DNA of 64,000 nucleotides from positions 620,001-684,000 of the forward strand of contig CBFDEM010000023.1 in assembly GCA_965603825.1 (NCBI GenBank). Reading direction: 5' to 3'. This DNA comes from Blepharisma stoltei ATCC 30299 (taxonomy: Eukaryota > Protista > Ciliophora). A program made the translations under genes and the position numbers. Shown piece after piece: positions 23,688 to 35,189 of the stretch. Each line of letters starts with the position of its first letter. The first letter of the stretch is position 1. The notes under the pieces are model-generated. The model was not told where the DNA came from, made no database searches, and was given only the letters and a program-made list of their open reading frames with translations.

Positions 23688-24660
23688 ATTTATAACACCT
23701 AAGTCTAGAAGAGGGTTTTGTATAGGAAAAACTTTGGTTTGTGATATTAGGATTTTAGAGGCAAATATTTTTAGGAGATGATTAAAAGAATGGAATTTTT
23801 ATAATTTTTCAAAAATTAATTATACATAAAATTTTTAGATTGAAGGAATGCGTATATGAAATATATAGTGATAGGTGTAAGAATTAATTTAATTTAATAA
23901 ATGAAGATTCCTTTAATTAGAATTTTCATTTTCGTGATGTATAGAGATTTACCATATTTCATGAATATTAAAGCTCAAAGACCATTTTGCTCCTGTTATA
24001 CAATTACTTATTGCTAAAATAACGAAATAGTTTGGTAAATCAGTTTGTTTAATATAAAATAGACTGCTGATAAAAAATTTATTATAATGCCATTATTGTA
24101 TATTAAGAAAGTTTAATTCTTCGTAATATATGAGGATAAATTCACAAATATTAATTTGCGTAGAAATAAAGGATTTACGATTTTTCAAGAAATATAAATA
24201 TTAATTCTAGCATATATGAATTATAATCTTTATTTTAAAATTTCCTTTCTTATTATGACTGAAGAGCACTTTTCAATCACAGGTGAGCATTTTTTAATTC
24301 TTATAATGACTTAAGCCTAAATTTAAAGCAATTGACTAGCTCTTATAAAAGGATTAATCTTCAGCTCTTTTCAATCTTGTTTGGATTAATTAGAACTGGT
24401 GTGCTCCAATTCTCGGAAATTTCCATAAAAGAAAAGAGATAATTTTTTTTGAGTCAAATGCCATTTTATGCTGAACTTGCAATGCAATTTATATATTATC
24501 AACAGTGACCTGTATAATTGCCTCTTGCACTTATGTCCTAAATGGCTTTTTTTATTTAACGTAAGCTCTTGCCGTAAAAGTTTTCAATTCTACAATTCAG
24601 AGTATATTTAGTCAGCTCGAAATTGTGTATGGAATATAGGGTGCGGGTGGGGAAATTACT

Positions 24661-25290
24661 TTAAGTTTTGAATTTTATTTTTGATTCATCGATGGAGATA
24701 AATTTTCCAGCAGAATAGTTAACATCTCATCTTTTACGAATCATAGAGAATATTGGTTCTTGCTTGGATAATTGATTTATTTGAAAATCTTGCGGAGCAG
24801 ATAAATGCAGCATGCGACTTATGGCTTGGAATCTCCTAGATGTCATAACTTCATATATTTCCTGATTTTGGTAAAGAGAGACTGTAGATAATTTTCTGTT
24901 TTTTGAAAGATTTTATTGGACCAATCATAGTTACTATCCCAAAACATTTCTTAAGCTTTTGAGAAGTAATTAGTACCATATTATTCTTTCTTCTAGATTG
25001 ATTCGTGCTTTTGTAAGAGCTTCTGCATAAGAATTCGAATTCTTGATTATTCAATAATAATTTCTTCGACAAAAAAGGCCTAAATAAATTCAATGATGTA
25101 ATTCGAGTCTGCAAGTAGATTTGATATGGGCTCATTGGAGGCCTGCCATTTTTTCTATTGAATTCTTTTTATTTCAATTCAATTTTCAGGAGAAATTTAT
25201 TCTTCAGAGGCTTCATCTTCATCACTTGAGTACATTGCATCAGATGAAATACTTGGTGAATTTTCTGCTTCAATTTCGATTTTAATTTTT
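24661..25290 (-). mobile_element. Decayed piggyBac (DDE_Tnp_1_7-type) transposase fragment
   Basis: Across frameshifts and stops: acidic N-terminus SSDEDEASEE; AFFVEEII..SNSYA; ITSQKLKKCFGIVTMIG; EVMTSRRFQAISRMLHLS...LSKQEPIFSMIRKR(W)DVNYSAGKFISIDESKIKFK. The order matches the piggyBac motifs MSR.RF..I.R.LH and SIDESM..FKG. Confidence 0.75.
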
Positions 25291-25396
25291 TAGCAATCAC
25301 AAACAATATAAACTTAAAAACGAACTAAGAAGCCTACTTATCCAAAAAAAATCATTAAAAGTAATGCAACTACCTTTTATTCATTGCTAAAAGCAC

Positions 25397-26293
25397 CTAA
25401 AAGAATATGCATTGATTGCCGACTATGTAGCTATTTTCTGGATCAAAGCATGATTCACAGGAATTCCGATTTTTGCATTTACCACATCCTAAACCACAGG
25501 CAGAGCATTGATGCCCTTCTTTAAAAAACCCTGGCTTGCAAGTATGGCAATACACACTCCCCCAATAGTCAAATAACTCAAAACTATGTCTATCGCAGCC
25601 CTCAGGAATAGTTCTAATTTGACATGAGCTACTAGCGGGAGAACTAGTGTATTTCCAGCCTTGATTATCACATCGACAAAATAATCCGTAATTGGTTGCG
25701 TCCCTTGCCCAGCATTCTATACATCCATTGATATCACAATGTTTGCATCCTTTTGGACAGAATTCTATATGGCCTGTTGATGGATTATAAAAAGTTCCAA
25801 AATTATTTGTAGGACATGACCCGTCTGAGTATGGCACTGAAAAAGGCTCCATACATCGAATACAACTTGAAGAATCAATGCAGTCACCGCATCCTGAATT
25901 GCAGCGAGAGCAATGCTTCATTATAGGATCTACGTAATATCCATGCTTGCATGTGGTACAACCCTTTCATGTACACCAGTCACATAAGTTGAATTTTCCA
26001 TGACACCTCCTACACCCAGGTCTCCCAGGATCAACATACAAAAAATCATCATCTCTTGACGGACAATAATTCCATGCACAAGCTCCTACTCGATCTACAT
26101 ATTGTTCTAGAAGTCTACAAGTGACGCATTCAGTCCTTTCATTATTGCACTCAACGCAATCGTTTTGCCCTTCAGTGCAATTTTTTTGCATTTGTCTCTC
26201 TGTTGTGGAAGGCTGTTCACTTAAGGATGTATTATGAATATTTGTGGCACCTAAAAGCTGTAGAACTAAAAGCAAATATAAGACTTTTGACAT
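25397..26293 (-). CDS. Secreted cysteine-rich (furin-like CxxC repeat) protein, 298 aa
   Basis: Signal peptide MSKVLYLLLVLQLLGA; ORFs joined through TGA 25967-25969; family motif PYSDGSC...GTFYNPSTG..FCPKGC. Confidence 0.85.
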
Positions 26294-26579
26294 TTATTAT
26301 GATTGTTTTTTATATGGAAAATATATTTTCATTATACTAAATATTTAAAAAAGAATGTATATTTTTTATTTTATATATTTAGAGGTATGTAGGTTTTATA
26401 CATCGAATATAATCTCCTTTTGATAAAAATCAAAAAAGTATTGATTAATAAGTATTTAAATTTTTACAAATTTCTAAAAACATTTAGGCTCTCCAAAAAG
26501 AAGAGAGAGTTAGAATAGCTTTTCTAGATCTGGATGATAAATACAAATTTTATTTCCGATTAAACTTAGAGTAAGTCGA

Positions 26580-26898
26580 ATCCCAATGCACTTATTTGCA
26601 ACCTTTTAATGTGCATCAGTCACATAATTTAACTTATTACTGCATCCTAAACAATTAAGGCGAACAGGTCAAAGTAATAAAAAATGACAAGAAATACGCA
26701 AACTCCTGCTGAATTTACCATTTGTTCTAGATATCTGCAAGAAAGACAAGCTGTTCTTTCAGAATTGCAAGCAACTCAACTTCTTCCCTTCAATGCACTG
26801 TTTTGCGTTTTTTTCGCTGTTTTAGGAGCTTAATTACTTTAGGAGGCACTGTTCACTTAAAAGCTGCAGAGTTAAAGCAAGCATAAGTCCTTTGACAT
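26580..26898 (-). pseudogene. Degenerate paralog of the 25397..26293 Cys-rich gene
   Basis: ATGTCAAAGGACTTATGCTTGCTT... aligns with ATGTCAAAAGTCTTATATTTGCTT...; ACNSERTACLSCRYLEQMVNSAGVC matches ECNNERTECVTCRLLEQYVDRVGAC; multiple stops and frameshifts. The 3' limit is approximate. Confidence 0.75.
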
Positions 26899-27881
26899 TT
26901 ATTATTTATCTCACCTTTAATTTAATGTGAAATAAATTTTTACTAATAAAAATGAATACTAAATAAGGCCAGCTATTAACTTTCTACTCATGACTAGAAA
27001 AATTTCTGTTCATTTATGAAGGATTAATTTTTTTTAAGTCAGTGATTTGTAAAAATATAATAACAGAAATTTACAATTGCAATTAATTGAAATCGCAAAG
27101 TTTATGTATAGCTAGATATTTATGGTAGTGTCTTTCTTCAAAGCAATCTTCTTCTCCAATATTTGGAGCAGATCGGAAGGGTCACTTAAAATCTAAGCAT
27201 TGAGTCATAAATTTTTGTTTTTGCAAATTAAAATTATATTTTTCAAGCTCACTAAAATCGATTAGAAACAATTTGATAAGCCATTAAAAGTTTTTATGTT
27301 CTAGCGGCTATCATTCTTCCTCAAATAGCTTTTAGAATAGAACTAAGCTTATTATGGAGTATAAATTATTGGTGTTTCCCTAATCTCTTTATAAAGCTGG
27401 GAATTCTTTGGCCTTATGTGGTTAAAACAATTCACCACTCCATAATTCAATTCTTATGAAGAAAGCTTTATAGCATGACTTGTTTTTATAAATCTTTATC
27501 ACTAAATCTTAAGCTTTATGCTTTCTAAATATTTTATTCAGGCTTCATTCTATTTATTCGTGATTTTAAATTTACTCGTTTATTGTCAGCTTTTATAACT
27601 AACTCTAATAATAATTTGCATATTTAATAATTATTACCTAATATAAGCTTCATTACAAAAATTAACCACAAATTATGATAATTAATCAGTTTTACCGAAT
27701 ATTCTAAAAATCAGTTCTCTCAACAAAATTTCTAGCAAATAAGCTCTTTTTAATAAAATATACAAATACTTAAAATCTAAAAATTAAGGAAATTTTTCCT
27801 TGTGAATATTTAGTTAATTTGAGTTTCAATTTTCAGGAACCAAGCTTATTTTCATATTAAAAATTGTAGATGATATAATAA

Positions 27882-28495
27882 ATGTTAAAAGCTTTGTGCT
27901 TATTTTTAGCTCTGCAGCTTTTAGTTGCCTCAGGAAATAATCAGACGTTATCAGACGAAGAGCCTTCAACATCACCAAGAGAAATGCAGCAGCATGCATA
28001 GAGGGGCAAGACTCCTGCGTTACTTGCAATACTGATGGGACAGCTTGTATTACTTGTGACCAAAACTACGATTTATCATCCACTGGAGTTTGCGTATACA
28101 GGCAGAGCTGTCCACGCTCATTTTACTTTGACCCTGATTATAATACATGCTTGAGTTGCGGGACAAAGTTCAGTTTATGCGATACTTGCACATTCAATAC
28201 TTGCAGCTTATGCAATATTGGCTATTACTTAGATGCAGCCAGTCAGCAATGCGCTCGGTGCAATTCAGGATGTGGTGACTGTGCTAGCTTTTCGACATGT
28301 ATTGGATGCATGGAGCCATTTGCTATGCCATATAATGATGGCTCTTGTCCTACTAATAACCTTGGAACTTTTTATAATCCCTCAACAGGCCATGTAGAGT
28401 TTTGTTCAAAGGGATGCAAAACTTGTGATGCAAATAGCTGCACAAGTTGCTGGGGATGGGATGCAGTCATTAGTGGCAAGTTAAAATTAATATAA
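27882..28495 (+). pseudogene. Frameshifted and truncated Cys-rich paralog, inverted orientation
   Basis: Signal peptide MLKALCLFLALQLLVA; 1-nt deletion near 27990 (ATG CAG CAG CA TGC ATA GAG GGG CAA vs paralog ATG CAA AAA AAT TGC ACT GAA GGG CAA); shares CMEPF..PY.DGSCPTNN.GTFYNPSTGH.EFC; stops early. Confidence 0.7.
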
Positions 28496-28709
28496 TGGCG
28501 GCTAAATATAGCTTTGATAGTGATGCACGGAGTTAGTTACAAAAATTGCAAAACCAAGGTTTTGTTGACTGGCCGTATGATGGGTAACCTTGGGAGCTAG
28601 TTGATAGTAAAAAACAAAGAAGTTAAGAATAAAGTGACATATGAAAATGATGATTTAATAAACAAATCCGAAATAAAAGATGAAGTAACCAATAATGATT
28701 ATTATTTAA

Positions 28710-31218
28710 CTAACCACGGTTAAACTTGAATCTGACGTCGATTGGGAGATCACTGTCTTGAAGATTAGTAGTAATCATGTATTGTCTTGGAGTAATTTGG
28801 GTCATGCGCCATGACGAGGTATCATAATTCCCTGGACTCTTTATAATAATTTCTTTAAGACTCAGCGGCTCTGGGAGATCATACGCAAAGTCAAGGATCA
28901 AATTGCCATCTTCAAAGCTCGTCAAGTACCCTACTGAGTTGTCAGAAGTGCAGGTTGATGACTCTTTTTCTACAGTTGTCCCACACAAATAGCACCCAGG
29001 GTGAGGATCGCAGCTATTACAGGACTCAGAACAAGCTAAATAAAATCTTACATAAACATTCTAAGACTCCAGAATTATCATAAAGAAAATGCCCTTGCTC
29101 ACATTTAGAGCACCCTGAAGTTCCATATTCTGCACAATTAGCTGTTGAATTCTCTGAAGCTGAATTCTCACAGCGAAATGTAGATGGGTTATATGTCATA
29201 TTTCCGATGCAAGAGCATGTTCCATAACTTTTTATCATATAGTAAGGATCATAGCAAGCATCACATATATATAAGTCAGTATTGCAAACTGCACATCCAG
29301 ATGGGCAAGACTGGCAAATCCTTGGGGATGAGTAGTCAAATCCATACCCAGGAGCACACTCACACTGCCCAAAAATATTTTCTATCATATTTTTTCGATC
29401 TGAGCACTTAATTTCTGATACCGGCTCAATACATTTGACCCAAACATTATTCTCCGTCAAGCTTACAATTTTACAGGTTTTACAACCCCAATCAGAGCAA
29501 GGCTGGCAATAAAAGCCGTTCCCAAAGACATAAGAATTAGACCGGCAAGAACAGGTTCCGTCTCCATTGTTAATCATCCCTGAAATTCAGCATTTGTTGC
29601 AGCTCGTAGAATTATTGCAATCTCTGCATCCATGCGAACAAAACCCGTAAGTATTTGTAAGGGCATTTAAATAGATGCCTTCATCACTGAGTTTTTCGCA
29701 AGTTCCGTCAGAATATGGTGTACTCATATATTCACAATTCATACAAGACGTTGAATCGATGCACTGTCTGCAGCCTGGAGTGCATGGTTTGCATTTTCCA
29801 TCGCTGTCTCTGTAATAGCTATAATCACAATCCATGCAGTAGTCCATATTGCAGTATCTACAGCCTTCATAAACTTCTGAGCAGGATATGCAAGTACCGT
29901 TAGAGTTGGGGATAGAGTTATAATCACAGCTAAGGCACCCCGTCTCATCGCAAATACTGCATAAGTCACCAAACTTCTCAGAGCACAGCTTGCATTTACC
30001 CTCAGAGCTTCAATAATAACCACCATCACAATATGCGCATACACTTGGATTTGCCTGGCAGTCTTGGCAATGATCAGGGCATTTGCTGCATACAAAATTG
30101 TCAAAGTCCAGGTAGTAGCCCCTTTGGCAGCTACCGCAGCCTCTTTGATCGCAATAGGTGCAATTACTTGAACAAGGCTGGCATTTATAATTGCTATCTA
30201 GATAAAAGAGTGAATCGCACCGTATACATTGCCTCAAAATGTTGCATTCAAGACAATTTTTATCGCACGTGTTGCATTTGCCGTCTGGAGCTACATAATA
30301 CCCATTGAGGCAGACTTGACAGCCTGATTTGTCACATGTATCACAATGTTGAAAAGTTGAAGAGCAGCGAGTGCAATTAGCAAACCCATCATTGCCATTT
30401 GAATCTAAATGATACCCTGCATAGCAGACTTGACAGCCTGATATGTCACATTCTTGACAATAAGGAAATGCTGAAAGGCAATTAGTGCAGTAAGAAAACT
30501 CATTCAAAAAATATCTATCATAGCATTTAATGCAAGAAGTCGCGTTACATTTCTCACAGTACATATCACATGGTAAGCACTCACCATCAGGGTCCATATA
30601 ATAATGATCATAGCAGCTAATACAGCCTGTCTGGCTACAAGTAGCGCAACCCTCTGGGCATGCAGTGCATGTTCCATCAGCATTGAGATTGCCTAAAATG
30701 CAATAATTGCACGCTGTTTCATCGCATGACCAGCATTTTGGGAACTTCGTATGGCACTCAGTGCAACTCCCAGTTCCGCTGTCAAGGTATTGATCTTGAT
30801 TGCAACCGTTTTCTTGAAGCTTCCTTTCTGCCGGTGATGAATTGTTTAAATCCTTTATACTTCTTCCAAGGTCGTTCATGCTATTTGGAAAGCCATAAGG
30901 ATTTTGGCTCGTTCTATATTCTGCTGATCCTCCATTTGGAATTTGGTTTATTGGAGATTTGTTGGGACCCTGCACTTTTCTTGAGTCCGTAACTGCCTCA
31001 TTTGGATTTTTGAATGAGCCAGAGTCAATTGGTGAGAAATTTTGATTCTGGTTTCCTCTATTTAGGCTGTCTTGGGTTTGTGATCTTCCAGAGTCTGCTG
31101 GTGACCGATTCTGATACTGCTTTTTGCCTTTGATTTCGGTCAATTGTTCTGAAGGGTTATAGAATTGGTTTGATGTGACGAGCACAAGCTGAAAAGCTAT
31201 CAAAATTATCCAAACCAT
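28710..31218 (-). CDS. Secreted cysteine-rich repeat protein, ~830 aa
   Basis: Signal peptide MVWIILIAFQLVLVTS, N/Q/S/P pro-region, RKLQE and CxxC repeats. TGA read-through at 30010 and 29587. A 16-nt intron (29036..29051) links to the C-terminal domain ending FKFNRG-TAG. Confidence 0.88.
29036..29051 (-). other. 16-nt intron
   Basis: GTAAGATTTTATTTAG; the frame shift joins ORF 29026..29577 to 28710..28988. Confidence 0.85.
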
Positions 31219-32473
31219 AATAAATGTTAATTCATCTACAATTTTTTCTATCAAAATTTTAAACTCTAAAGTGAATATCAAAAAATTTTGAAATAATTTA
31301 TAATATTTGTGATAGATTTAGCTCACTTAAAGGCTGAGAGCATATAGAAAAGGCTTACCATTTTTCGCCAGTGGATTTTTATAAAGGGTATCTTAAGCAT
31401 TTTGTTTGCATGACTAAATTAAATAAACTTCAAAAGTGACGCAAATTGATTTGATTAAATATATAATTGATTCTAAATAAAGCATTTGAAATGCAATTGT
31501 TATGAAATTTTGACAAAACATTAAGCAAGTTTCACATTTAGACTTTTTAAAACCCTATAAAATTGCTTTTAAAATTTCGGGCTGCTTCTAGAACTTATTA
31601 TGCTAAACCAAAGCTTTTATTGGATTGATTATAAAACCAAATACTTATGCTTCAATCTGAAAGTTCGGGTTTAGGATTTTTAATGTAGAAAAGAATTTTA
31701 TTAAGTTATTTAGTTTAAGAATTAGATTTTATAACTTTTATGCTATAAATTATGCTTCATCTAATGCTTAATATTATTACTTGAAATCTGACCTTTTATT
31801 CAATTAAGGTTCCTAATCCTATTAATGGAATCATGCATCATAAAAATCCCTAATAATTTTCATAAATTTCTTACAGGAAATAGTTCCCTTTAAAATAGAC
31901 AGACCTTTAAAATTTGCTCTATATTTGGTCTTACACCTTAGAATAAGAAATCATAAGCTATTTGAACTCAATAAAAATCCCAACTTCTTTTTCCATATAA
32001 AAATTTTTATTGTTTATGCTTCTCCTAGCCAAAGATAATTTCTGTTGAGAAAATTTATAAATAACTAAATTAAAATTGATGCTGCAAACATTTTGGTAAG
32101 CTAAAAATTTGATTATCAAATCCATTTTGGCATAATCAGAAAATGGTCTAAATTATCTTTGCTGGCTTAGAAAAATGTTTGCATAATTAATTTGATTTCA
32201 GTTAGCTAAAATTAAATCAACAGCTTTTATTTTAGAATGTAGAAGCGCACTGAAGAGTTTTCTCTTGTAACTTTGCATCTTTTTTTGTTTTAATGTAATA
32301 AAAGTTTTTATTATTAAATAATTCTTATTTTAAAAAATGTATTTTACTCTGTTAGCTTATTTAAATGTATTCATTAGCTGAGATATTAAAGAAATTAGTG
32401 ATAAATAAATGAACCATTTATAAACTAATTTTCTAAAAAGAATATAAGTTAATCATAAATAATGATTACTTAA

Positions 32474-35189
32474 CTATCCACGATTAAACTTGAATCTGAC
32501 GTCGATTGGAAAATCGCTTTCTTGAAGATTAGTAGTAATCATGTATTGTCTGGCAGTAATTTGAGTCATGCGCCATGACGAGGTATCGAAATTCCCAGGA
32601 CTCTTTATAATAATTTCTTTAAGACTCAGAGGCTCTGGAAGATCATAGGCAAAGTCAAGGATAAGATTTCCATCTTCAAAACTGGTTAAGTACCCTACTG
32701 AATTGTCAGAAGTACAAGTCGATGAGTCTTTCTCTATTGTAGTCCCACATAAATAGCACCCAGGATGAGGATCGCAGCTATTACAGGACTCAGAACAAGC
32801 TAAATAAAATCTTACATAAACATTCTAAGACTCCAGAATTATCATAAAGGAAAAACCCTTGATTGCATCTAGTACACCCTGAAGATCCATATTCAGCACA
32901 ATTAGATGGTAAAAATTCGCAACGGAAACTAGTCTGGTTAAAAGGCATACCAGATGGGCAATAGCAGATTCCATTCAAGCCATTTATCATATATTTCGGG
33001 TCAAAGCAAGTCTCGCACCAGTCTTCTCTGCCCTCACAATTAGCACATCCAGATAAGCAAGGTTTGCAAGAATGAGTTAAGTCATCCCATCGATAGCCAG
33101 GCTTGCAATAACACGCCCCTGTCTTATCATCAATTAGCATATTATCAGGATCGAAGCACTTTTTGCATTGTTTTGTAGAAGCACTGCATTCAGAGCACCC
33201 AGATGGGCAGCTATAGCAATTTCCACTCCATAAATAATGCCCATCTTTGCAAGTCAAGCACCTAACACTATAATCATTATAGTTGTAAGAGGAGGTAGTA
33301 CTATAATAATTATAGTTGTAATCAGAATACGTCTTTATATCTATTCTTTTGCATGTTTCACAGGCATAATCTGAGCAAGGCCGACATTGACCATTTGCAA
33401 AGACATAGTTCTCTTGGACACAAGAGCAACTCCCATCACCATTGCTAGCCATACCTGAGGCCCAACATTTTGAGCAGCTTTCCGAATTATCACAAGATCT
33501 GCATCCAACATTACAAGAATCGCATCGATTTGTAACACTATTAAAGAACGAACCCCTAATATTGCATTCACAAGTCCCATCTGAATATGGAAGTTCACCA
33601 TTTAAGCAGGTCTTGCAAGAAGTCGGGTTTAAGCAGTCTGCGCAGCCAGAACCACATGGATTGCAGTTGCTGTTTATATCCATATAATACGTTAAGCTGC
33701 ATTTAAGACAATGGTTATGATCACATTGGTCGCAGCCTGGAAACCAATCAGAGCATTTAGCACATGTCCCGTCAGTGCTTGTGAAAAAATGATTATCACG
33801 ATAGTAGCAAGCCGCTTCATTGCAGCTGTTGCACAGGTACCCGAATTTTTCAGAACATGAGTGACATTTATTATCTGTGCCTACAAAAAATCCATAGTCA
33901 CAGTAATTGCATCCTGCTTCGGTGCAAGAATTACAATTATCTGGGCATGGTCTGCATTTTTCAGAGGAATCTAAATAGAAGTCTGACTTGCAGCTAAAGC
34001 AGGTAGTAATATTGCAATTGAAGCAATTACTAGTGCACATTTTACACTGGCCATCAGTGTCTAAGTAAAAGCCTTTGTCGCATATTAAGCATTCTCCATT
34101 CTGGCACCAGTCGCATCCTTTAGGACATAGCTCGCACTGTCCATCTGAATTTACACCATATTTTGATTTGCATTGCTTGCAGACAGATCCATCGCAAAAT
34201 TGGCAATTTGGGAACTTAAATTCACATAAAGAGCATCCCCCAACTTCATCTAAATAATGCATAGAATTGCAAACAGAGCAGGAAGTATTATTGCATACTT
34301 GACAGTTTTCGATGCACATAGCGCATTCTCCATCTGTGTCTAAGAAATAGCCGCTGTAGCATTCATTACAGCTTGTTTTTTCGCACCTAGAACAATATTT
34401 TGGACAGGAAATGCAGCCATCATTAGTAAGAAATTTATTGGCATCACACCACCAACAAGCTGTTTCGTTGCATGATAAGCACCCAGGAAATCTCGCACGA
34501 CAATTTGTGCATAATTCAGTATTGCTGTCAAAATATTGGTCATAGGAACAGCCGTGTGATGTACCGTTTGATTCTTGTAGGCTTCTTCCATATAGGTCAT
34601 CAGGGTATTGGTTCACCTCGTAGTCCTCTGGCCCTTCTTTATGTTGTGTGTGAGGCGGCAGGTTGGGATTTTGAGCTCCTCTTGGTAGCTTTTTTGAGTT
34701 TCCAAAATCTGATGGTAAGTAGTGATTTTGGTTGCTTCCAGTAGGACTGTTTTGGTGTTGAGGTGAATCATAGCTTGTAGTAGGCTGATTCTGGGTTTAT
34801 ATAATATGCTGATTTTTAGCAGATGCACTGGGAATAAGATGAAAGTACTTCCTCCTCGCATTTGCTTCATGGTCAAGAATCTAACCCATATCAAATCTAC
34901 TACCTACTCCATCTAATACCTCTAGCGCATAAAATATTTGCATGGGAATAGTTTTAATAGATAAATGATGGAGCTAATAGTTATACAAAAATCTTTATCC
35001 CCCATATAGATTTATTAACAGTGAGTCATTGATCAATCAAGGATGGGGTAGTAAGCTCACAACTTATTATGAACTCGTAACTATAATAATTTAAAATTGA
35101 TTCTGAGCTTCTCTGTCAACATTGGAGTAGTAGTGTTGATTTGAAACCGCAGAGACCAGCTGTAAAGCTGCCAGACATATTAAAATCAT
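32474..35189 (-). CDS. Secreted cysteine-rich repeat paralog interrupted by an insertion (~795 aa if the insertion is removed)
   Basis: Signal peptide MILICLAALQLVSAVSNQ at 35189, homologous to the paralog at 31218; insertion at 34794..35097; RSLQE; same 16-nt intron (32800..32815) and near-identical C-terminal exon. Confidence 0.75.
32800..32815 (-). other. 16-nt intron
   Basis: GTAAGATTTTATTTAG, identical to the paralog intron. Confidence 0.85.
34786..35105. mobile_element. 304-bp insertion flanked by the 8-bp direct repeat TGATTCTG (TSD- or pointer-like)
   Basis: Repeat copies at 34786-34793 and 35098-35105; removing 312 nt restores the frame (..EAQNQ|PTTSYDSP..); the insert carries multiple stops. 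Confidence 0.65.

Noticed and set aside
24851-25135. 94-aa ORF as a standalone gene
   Set aside because: Only part of it is meaningful, as one frame of the decayed piggyBac.
34795-35096. Canonical TA-bounded IES interpretation of the insertion
   Set aside because: Every TA/TAA junction I tested leaves an in-frame TAA or a frameshift; only the 8-bp repeat restores the ORF.
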